From a virus, in IMG/VR virus record IMGVR_UViG_3300045988_121676, positions 49,569 through 113,568 of that record: a stretch of 64,000 nt of DNA; one strand, 5' to 3'. How positions within the stretch are numbered: position 1 is the stretch's first letter; each line of letters starts with the position of its first letter. Both the position numbers and the translations under genes were made by a program. Below the pieces are notes generated by a model. The model ran no database searches and was not told the DNA's origin. It saw nothing but the letters and a program-made list of their open reading frames with translations. Positions 57,543-64,000 of the stretch are shown here, piece after piece.

Positions 57543-57993
57543 GCAAAAATTTAAAAACGACCCTCATTATATCTCCAAAGTTCTCCACCTTAACCCACTC
57601 ATGAGCTACTGCTCTAAGTACGGATGTTTCGTATGTTGGAATATTATCTTCTTCAACCACCTTACAGGAAGCCAGAACTCCTTCGGTCGGCTTCAGCCCA
57701 CGGTCATGCAGCTCGCAGAGACCGTCCGGCTGGCGGAATGCGCACCACCCGTCTTTCACTGTTGGCTGGATCATCGCTATTGGTTTTTCTTTCACTGCAA
57801 GATACCCTACCATCCACATTGTTTCTTTTAGCCTGTCAGCGTATCCGGCATCTATGATAGCTTCTATGTCTTTTGGCGTACCAATACAAGGAACCTCACA
57901 CATGTTCTTGCATTTATCACATGTACAAGGCTGCTCCCATCTATTATGATCTATGCCAACCAACTTCTTTATCCGTTCTACTTCCTCTTTCAT
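57520..57993 (-). CDS. Cys-rich hypothetical protein (157 aa)
   Basis: CTCDKCKNMCEVPC. Confidence 0.5.
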   Translation of the reverse strand: MKEEVERIKKLVGIDHNRWEQPCTCDKCKNMCEVPCIGTPKDIEAIIDAGYADRLKETMWMVGYLAVKEKPIAMIQPTVKDGWCAFRQPDGLCELHDRGLKPTEGVLASCKVVEEDNIPTYETSVLRAVAHEWVKVENFGDIMRVVFKFLHENERRK

Positions 57994-57994
57994 A

Positions 57995-58276
57995 TTATAC
58001 TGTCTCTGTTAGTTTTTCGTAATACAACTTCATTTCCGGTGAAGCGTATTCCATGAATGCTTCGAATAAGTGTGGTACCTCTATTATCATATTCACATTA
58101 CAACCTTCTGTCTGTGAAAGCGATTCAAGATCATTACTGTACAGGCACGTAACATAGGCACCTACATTAAACACATGTAAATCTAATCTTACATATTCCA
58201 TACATAAATCTAACACTTTAAACAAGTTCTCTACCTCAATCTCCTGAAATAGGTCTATAAACATCCTTAAATCCAT
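57995..58276 (-). CDS. hypothetical protein (93 aa)
   Basis: ORF. Confidence 0.45.
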   Translation of the reverse strand: MDLRMFIDLFQEIEVENLFKVLDLCMEYVRLDLHVFNVGAYVTCLYSNDLESLSQTEGCNVNMIIEVPHLFEAFMEYASPEMKLYYEKLTETV

Positions 58277-58659
58277 TATTTTACCACCCTTTCCACGTGT
58301 TTAATTAATACTACTGCTATTCCCTTACCGGTTTTTATCGCACATTCCGATCCTTTTATCCATTCTACACACCCTACATACTTTTCCGTAGCATGAAATC
58401 CGGGATTGTATTTTCCAGATGTACTGAACTCTACCGTATCCCCTACCTTCAGATCATCAAAAGCGACAGACCATGTGGTCCAAATTCTATCATGTCTCCC
58501 AGGCTGAATGGCCCCAATTACGCCCTTCTTACGACCGTTTTTTATTGCCCTTAGTATTATCTTTCTATCACCTTCAATAAGGCTGCAAAAACGCCCGTAA
58601 AAGGTCAAATCAACCTGTTTTCCTCCTATTTCTTCTCTTATTTTTGTTATTCTGTTCAT
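58276..58659 (-). CDS. hypothetical protein (127 aa)
   Basis: ORF. Confidence 0.5.
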   Translation of the reverse strand: MNRITKIREEIGGKQVDLTFYGRFCSLIEGDRKIILRAIKNGRKKGVIGAIQPGRHDRIWTTWSVAFDDLKVGDTVEFSTSGKYNPGFHATEKYVGCVEWIKGSECAIKTGKGIAVVLIKHVERVVK

Positions 58660-58673
58660 TTTCTGATTTTGTT

Positions 58674-58904
58674 TTATTTTTTTCTTTGTTTTTTTCTATC
58701 TTCTATAGAAGATGATAATAACATTATCTTTTCTATGTTACTTTTTGACTGTAAAAAAGAATCGCATTTCATTACTACTACCACCTTCTTAAGTTCCCCA
58801 TTATCGTATAGCGATACACGCATCATGTTTTGCACCTCGTCCACTATCAGACCTGGAGTAGTCTTAGCCATTTTGCGTAGCTTATTATACTCCGGTCTTT
58901 CCAT
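58674..58904 (-). CDS. hypothetical protein (76 aa)
   Basis: ORF; alternative to + ORF 58669..58983. Confidence 0.35.
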   Translation of the reverse strand: MERPEYNKLRKMAKTTPGLIVDEVQNMMRVSLYDNGELKKVVVVMKCDSFLQSKSNIEKIMLLSSSIEDRKKQRKK

Positions 58905-59169
58905 TTCCTCTGTTTATTACTCTATAGTATTTATCCTTATCCCCTTCTTTCAACTTCTCCAGATAGAAAATTCCATCATGTAAATGAGACAAACAAAACC
59001 TGTATCCGTATTTCTGTACTCTTCTTACATGATCCCGCAGTCTTATCTCTTCACTTTTGTCTTGTACTTTGATTTTAATACTGTCTCCTTCTTTGATTGT
59101 GTATAAAATAGTTTGAATCTCTTCTTTTTTCATCTTATAAAATATTTTAACGGCAGCACCTATACTCAC
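58885..59169 (-). CDS. hypothetical protein (94 aa)
   Basis: ORF. Confidence 0.45.
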   Translation of the reverse strand: MSIGAAVKIFYKMKKEEIQTILYTIKEGDSIKIKVQDKSEEIRLRDHVRRVQKYGYRFCLSHLHDGIFYLEKLKEGDKDKYYRVINRGNGKTGV

Positions 59170-59196
59170 GCACCACTACTGCCTTATGTTTAACAA

Positions 59197-60006
59197 TTAA
59201 ATACTTAACTCTTCAATGGTCAAGCCTTTTTCTTTTGCCCACTTTAGCATCGCGCATAATTCTGTTTCTGACTTATATTTCGGATCACGCCACGCCCATC
59301 CGAATTTATCCAGGACATGATGATATAATTCGTCGGCCTTTGCCGTGTAAATGTCTTTGAATAAATGCTCCGAACCTTCCGGTATAAGCATCTCTGTTGT
59401 TGCAAAATCGGAATACGATAAACATCCGTAAGCATATTCTGTTATTTCACTCCATGCTTCTCCGGCTTTAAATCCAAATTCTTTTACAAAAGCCAAAGTT
59501 AGATACATATTTAATAATATTGTTACATCATATCCGGAATCCGACTTTCTTTCTATTATTTCCTTTTCAAATTCCTTTAAATCTTCAGGCCCTAAAAAGA
59601 TGTATCCTGATACCGACCGGTAATTAGTCTCCGCATACTTCTTGCATTTATCATCATTGACAATCTTACTAATGTTAGATAACATCTTTTGCCTCCATTC
59701 ATCACAAAACTCTACCTCTACGTTCATCCAATCAGTACCATAATTATATTCTTTCGGATATCCGACCGATGTTACCTTTATACTATTCACGCCATATCCG
59801 TAAAGGCGTTCACTTACCTCATTCGCCCATTCCTGTACAAAAGGAATAAACTTATTGTAATAAGAATCAAAATCAAAATCCGATTCCTCCTCATATTCTG
59901 GCATCTCTTCATAATCCTGTTCAAAGAAATGACGAGGATCTGCTATTGTTTCGTAGAAACTTACGTTAATGAAACAAAACTCGTTGGTTGTCGTTTTTAA
60001 TATCAT
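59197..60006 (-). CDS. hypothetical protein (269 aa)
   Basis: ORF. Confidence 0.55.
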   Translation of the reverse strand: MILKTTTNEFCFINVSFYETIADPRHFFEQDYEEMPEYEEESDFDFDSYYNKFIPFVQEWANEVSERLYGYGVNSIKVTSVGYPKEYNYGTDWMNVEVEFCDEWRQKMLSNISKIVNDDKCKKYAETNYRSVSGYIFLGPEDLKEFEKEIIERKSDSGYDVTILLNMYLTLAFVKEFGFKAGEAWSEITEYAYGCLSYSDFATTEMLIPEGSEHLFKDIYTAKADELYHHVLDKFGWAWRDPKYKSETELCAMLKWAKEKGLTIEELSI

Positions 60007-60257
60007 AACTTTTTGTATTTACGTACATTTTTCTTGCCATAGAATCTACACATGGCACGAATCTGACTATAAAATACTTTTGTCCTCCTGGCCTCAAAGT
60101 ATTTAAACATTTCTTCATTCTTTGTTTCCCAAACGTAATCCGTTTGGGAACTCATGCGATCTTTCTCCTTGCGTGAATAATGGTAATATGATACCACAAC
60201 ACGTTTCATACCATTCTTTACAGGTACGATATTTACGTCTATACTATTCTCTGTCAT
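60003..60257 (-). CDS. hypothetical protein (84 aa)
   Basis: ORF. Confidence 0.45.
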   Translation of the reverse strand: MTENSIDVNIVPVKNGMKRVVVSYYHYSRKEKDRMSSQTDYVWETKNEEMFKYFEARRTKVFYSQIRAMCRFYGKKNVRKYKKL

Positions 60258-60277
60258 ATTATTATTGTTTTATGCAT

Positions 60278-60321
60278 TATACAAATACAAAGAGCGCATA
60301 CCTTCACAGGCCGGCGCTCCT
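60278..60321 (-). terminator. terminator-like hairpin (gagcgc/gcgctc) with a downstream U-run on the minus strand
   Basis: 6-bp GC stem, 16-nt loop, followed on the minus strand by tttgtatttgtat; lies after the stop of the 77-aa gene. Confidence 0.3.
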
Positions 60322-60376
60322 TTCAATAAAAATGAAAAAACTAATATTACATAAACATATTGTTTTCTACTCTTTA

Positions 60377-60610
60377 TTACAATACTTTTGTTCCGCAATT
60401 ATTATATCTTCCGTACTCTTTTTTCGTATCATTCAAGATTTCAAAAACCATCTTCTTGTGATCTTCGTTTGGTAACCTATCCTTAACAGCCGATATTACG
60501 CCCGCTATAGACGTAAAGCCTGAATCTGTTATTGAACACAGCAACACGCCTCTGTCGGCTCCGGTGCTTATTGCTGACGCCTTTATAATATCATTCTTAT
60601 ATATTCTCAT
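60377..60610 (-). CDS. hypothetical protein (77 aa)
   Basis: ORF; preceded about 13 nt upstream by tRNA-like element E1. Confidence 0.45.
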   Translation of the reverse strand: MRIYKNDIIKASAISTGADRGVLLCSITDSGFTSIAGVISAVKDRLPNEDHKKMVFEILNDTKKEYGRYNNCGTKVL

Positions 60611-60622
60611 AACTTTTTTGTT

Positions 60623-60718
60623 TTATTGTTTGTGAGATGCCCAGAATCGAACCAGGACCGGCACATACGCACCGGCACGCCGCGTCATCCCCTCTATGAT
60701 GCAGAAATAGGCATGCCT
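60623..60718 (-). other. tRNA-like element E1: canonical T-arm (GGTTCGATTCT) plus acceptor-like 3' end (ATCTCACA); possible 95-nt type-II tRNA or tRNA-derived motif
   Basis: minus strand reads ...cctgg-ttcgatt-ctgggcatctcaca; a 6-bp acceptor pairing is possible with gtgagga at ~60712-60718, but I could not fold the D and anticodon arms by hand. Confidence 0.35.
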
Positions 60719-60912
60719 ATCCTCACGAACCGACATGCCAAAACCCAAAACTTAATTTGATGAATAAAATAGATTAACAAAAATACTATTCTAATTCTTT
60801 TATAATATTCTTAACGCAACACATATGTATTCCCCATCCTCTAACCTATCAATCATCTCATATACCTTTTTCCATATGAATAATCGCTCTTCTTTTGTAA
60901 ACATATCTTTCT

Positions 60913-61260
60913 TTATTTTTGTGGTATTATTTGACTGTACGCAGACTTTTCCATGTACACAATACTATGCTCCTGTCCAAGTATTTTCTTTGCTGCTTCT
61001 TTCTTTATCGCGCAATATCTCCCTGTACGATACGGATTCTTTTGATCTGATCCATCCTCAACTTCGATAATAAAACAACCTCCGTCATCTATTATCTTTT
61101 TGCAATTGTCACATATTTCTCCCGTGCATATATAATGCGGCGCCTGCCCTTTGATGTTATTCCCTAATAAAGCAATCCCCATCTCTTCACCGCATACTAT
61201 GCATAGTTCTATGGATGGATTCAACCCATGCTCTGGATGCAATACAATACCGTCTTTCAT
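60913..61260 (-). CDS. zinc-binding hypothetical protein (115 aa)
   Basis: CIVCGEE..C..C..C. Confidence 0.5.
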   Translation of the reverse strand: MKDGIVLHPEHGLNPSIELCIVCGEEMGIALLGNNIKGQAPHYICTGEICDNCKKIIDDGGCFIIEVEDGSDQKNPYRTGRYCAIKKEAAKKILGQEHSIVYMEKSAYSQIIPQK

Positions 61261-61659
61261 TTTCTATCCTCCTTTATTAATTCTATTATAAACTTTTTAT
61301 CTTGTTCCCACAATGGCAGCCCTTCTTTTACTGTGTATGCCACTGTTTCCCTCTCTCCTATTAATCGCACGGCAATCTCTCTTGCTTTCAAGTCATCCTC
61401 CTCATGCGATTTGTTTATTAAATCATAGGCACATGATTCCACCTTTTGCCTTTCGATTATTATCGAACCCATTAACTCGCTTATATGCGATCCTAAAAAC
61501 GATAAGACATTAATAGCTTTCCCAATATCATTTGAAATAGCACTTGCTAAATACATCTTATCCATATACTCCGGCAAAGCCTCGTATGCCGTTTCTATGT
61601 TTTTATACTGATTTTCGTTTACCTCCCTTTTAATCAGTTCTTCAAATTCTTCTTTTAAC
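61257..61659 (-). CDS. hypothetical protein (134 aa); the track ORF extends to 61808, but the first 49 codons translate the tRNA-like element E2
   Basis: internal Met (MLKEEFEEL) at ~61659 sits about 25 nt after E2, mirroring the E1/gene arrangement. Confidence 0.5.
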
Positions 61660-61682
61660 ATGTTCTTCCCTATTTTAATGTT

Positions 61683-61760
61683 GTGTGAGATCGCCGGAAT
61701 CGAACCGACTTGCTGCACCATGAATCCCATAAAGCAAATGCTCCGATCTTCGCAGATGGG
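61683..61760 (-). other. tRNA-like element E2, paralogous to E1 (perfect T-arm gtcgg-ttcgatt-ccggc + gatctcaca)
   Basis: shares the 30-nt motif tgtgagatNccNgaatcgaacc (plus strand) with E1; no complete cloverleaf found by hand. Confidence 0.35.
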
Positions 61761-62302
61761 AGCATTCTGTCTAAAGCATAAGAAAATTAATGAAGAAATT
61801 TTTCTCACTTACGCCATAGCATCTAAAATAGCTATCAGCACTATTTCTATGACAAACATAATAGAAAATATCTTAAATGCCTTTTTCATATCGCTATCTC
61901 CTCCTTTTTATTTTTTTTAGTTCCACAATAAACTGTTCCGGCTCTGCTCCGACCTACGTTCCACCTACAACCGCAGGCCTTAGCCCAAGGCGCCGCCTAC
62001 TCCCCCTCTATGGCAGCCTGTTCGTACCTACAAATCCAATCTCCATCTATACAACTATCACTACGCGATAATAAACATTTATCCTTATAACAATCATAAA
62101 AAATACACCTATCACAACTGTAATCCTTAACGTCTACACAGCTAACTACCTTAGCATATACTATTCCATCACTGCCTTCTATTCCTTTTACCCCGAAAAT
62201 AGAACCTTCTACCTCCTTACTCAAATCTAAGTCAGGCTTAAAAAAAAATACTCACATAATGCAGTCCTCAACCCTTAATCTGTTGGAAGGAACCTATATA
62301 AT

Positions 62303-62578
62303 GCTGTTTTAAACCCTTATCATATTGAATTTTGTGGAAATGATCTACAGAACACTGTTTTAAAACGCTTATCTATTGAATTTTGTTGGTAGGGAGTGCT
62401 TTAAAACGCTTATCTATTGAATAGTGTTTTAAAACGCTTATCTATTGAATTTTGTTGGTAGGGAGTGTTTTAAAACGCTTATCTATTGAACACTGTTTTA
62501 AAACGCTTATCTATTGAATAGTGTTGGTAGGGAGTGCTTTAAAACGCTTATCTATTGAATTTTGTTGGTAGGGAGTGT
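62303..62578. repeat. iteron-like tandem array: 6 copies plus 1 degenerate copy of gttttaaaacgcttatctattgaa, interleaved with 4 copies of ttggtagggagtg
   Basis: the 24-bp unit contains the 10-bp palindrome gttttaaaac; connectors alternate between 4-5 nt and ~19 nt. Confidence 0.85.
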
Positions 62579-63537
62579 CCTCCCTCTCCCCCTCTCCAAC
62601 TCCCGCTAATCCTCCGGCTTTCCGCATAGAACCTGCGCTATCAGCCTCGCCACAGGCATACGGAGAGCGCTACAAGCTTATACTCTGGCATGAAGTGTGG
62701 GGTGTTTAGAGATAATATCATTCCATAGAGAGAATAGAGAGTCTTCAGCCCACGCCCTACCGTCTGCTCCTCCTATCCAAATAGATATTCAAACCTATAA
62801 CACAAGCTAAAAACGAAAAACAAAAGACCATCACAATATTATACTGATCCGATCCGTACTCTAACATAGAACGAATACCAACCGACAGAAAATACAAGTC
62901 AGCTACTAATAAAAACCACCACATAAAATAAAAAAATACAATAAGTATGTCCGAAAATACGGGGATTATAAAACCTAACTAATTGATAATCAAGCATACC
63001 TTATTTTTAAGAAAAATACAATAAGCCTAATTTTCAATCCATAGAGACGAAAAAGGCGGCATCTGACGCCCTATTTTGGGTCAGAAAACCGCCTCAAGTT
63101 TCGTTTTAGACCAATTTTAACGACATGATATAGACAAAATACCGGAATTATATCCGAACGCTCCTATTTTAGTTTCGTTTTAGACCAATATGGCTCACAT
63201 CCGACGTTCACTCTCAGAATATCCTACCCATGAATATAAAGAGTAAGATACAAAAATAGGGCTGCTCCGATATTCGGAACAACCCTACTCCTGTTTAAAT
63301 ACTGTTTATGTTTTCCTTAACGTACGTTCTTGACGTATGAACTTTACGCTTGCACTTTTCTTTTCCGGTATCGGAATGATACGCTTCTTTAAGGTCACGA
63401 TACAACATAAATTCACGATACGCCGCATTACGTTTCTTTGCAGCCTCTTTGCGTGACAGGCCGCGAACATCTACCCGGTGATTTTTAAATTTCCTTTCCA
63501 TATCAAATTAATTTTGTATATAGAGGTTGTTCCGGGC

Positions 63538-63601
63538 TCGAACCGGACGCGCATTCCTATCCTATGCGAATTTTATGCTACAACCAACAGCCCGTAATTA
63601 G
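63538..63601 (-). other. tRNA-like element E3 (6-bp acceptor-like pairing, anticodon-like 5-bp stem, perfect T-arm tccgg-ttcgagc-ccgga; no D-arm, 64 nt)
   Basis: folded by hand on the minus strand; resembles the 3' two-thirds of a tRNA, possibly a tRNA-derived att-like remnant. Confidence 0.25.
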
Positions 63602-64000
63602 TACGTAGTTCTTGCGTACGGGCCCGTACTATGTTGTTATTATATTTTCCGTCTGCTACACAACTTAGCCACAAATAAAGGCAATTGTGTCCTTGCGTTT
63701 TGACGTTCCGTGTTCCTACATGGTAGGCTACATGTTTGCGCCCTGCGATTCTCCGCAGCCCGATCCTATTTAACGTGTAGATCAGTAAGACACGTTCCCG
63801 AACGGAGACAAACCGCGTACAACGGTATGTTTTCTAAACTATACTCACATACCTAACATAAACCATACTTATTCGGATAGTCCATGCAGTAATACCGGCC
63901 CTTTAATTGCCAACGGCAAGGGCAACGGTATATTTATCCCCAATATGTAAAATAACTCTCTGTTTTGTCAGCTTCAGTCTAAAGCATACGCGGGACGTGC

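Noticed and set aside
60623-61760. Calling E1 and E2 as bona fide tRNA genes
   Set aside because: The T-arm and acceptor 3' strand are canonical, but I could not build D and anticodon arms by hand, and 5' acceptor pairing is imperfect. They are reported as tRNA-like elements pending tRNAscan-SE.
61660-61808. N-terminal 49 codons of track ORF 61257..61808
   Set aside because: These codons translate the tRNA-like element E2 (..GFMVQQVGSIPAISH..). An internal Met with proper spacing follows, so the gene was shortened to 61257..61659.
62303-62578. CRISPR array
   Set aside because: The repeats are regular, but the 'spacers' are only 4-19 nt and are themselves repeated (ttggtagggagtg x4). No cas genes or leader are present; the structure is an iteron or tandem array.
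63295-63501. 68-aa basic ORF considered as a ribosomal protein bS21 homologue (phages of Bacteroidota sometimes encode bS21)
   Set aside because: The sequence MERKFKNHRVDVRGLSRKEAAKKRNAAYREF does not match the bS21 consensus. It is an isolated ORF in a non-coding region, so it is not called.
1-64000. Reverse transcriptase / DGR, integrase, CRISPR-Cas, restriction endonuclease, toxin-antitoxin pairs
   Set aside because: I scanned ORF translations for RT motifs (YxDD), tyrosine or serine recombinase motifs and Cas signatures and recognised none in this window.

Overview
The window is an AT-rich (~36% GC) 64 kb stretch of a tailed dsDNA phage or prophage genome. The host is most likely a Bacteroidota bacterium, and the phage may be crAss-like; the evidence is below. 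The window has two convergent arms, a central IS junction, and a non-coding right end.

Host evidence: start codons generally lack Shine-Dalgarno sequences, there is a TAnnTTTG-like -7 box, and the gene content includes DUF1566 and Bro-N domains.

The + arm (1-21.7 kb) carries three giant ORFs: one of more than 1398 aa that is 5'-truncated by the window edge, one of 758 aa, and one of 2140 aa. These are probably virion or cargo proteins. The arm is interrupted at 7.1-13.9 kb by an accessory island containing:
- a Bro-N/KilA-C antirepressor;
- a decayed TnpB;
- several small ORFs;
- a DUF2829/Tad2-like candidate anti-Thoeris protein;
- a complete IscB (OMEGA RNA-guided nuclease) with a ~290 nt structured candidate omegaRNA immediately upstream.

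An intact IS605-family TnpB sits at the convergence point (22.5-23.7 kb).

The - arm (24-61.8 kb) holds about 75 tightly packed, mostly small genes. Those I recognise are:
- replication and recombination genes: an SF2 DEAD/DEAH helicase, a DnaB-like helicase, a zinc-finger/TOPRIM primase, and two PD-(D/E)xK nucleases, one of them Cas4-like;
- a dATP/dGTP-diphosphohydrolase-like domain protein;
- a Dam N6-adenine methyltransferase next to a Pol-beta nucleotidyltransferase;
- an ABC-type ATPase next to a DUF1566 protein;
- an unusual acyl-carrier-protein / NfeD / flotillin (SPFH) module.

The right end (62.2-64 kb) is non-coding. It holds an iteron-like tandem repeat array and three tRNA-like elements built on a GGTTCGA(T/G)(T/C)C T-arm.

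No CRISPR array, reverse transcriptase, integrase or DNA polymerase is visible in the window. All hand-derived coordinates are approximate to +/-2 nt.
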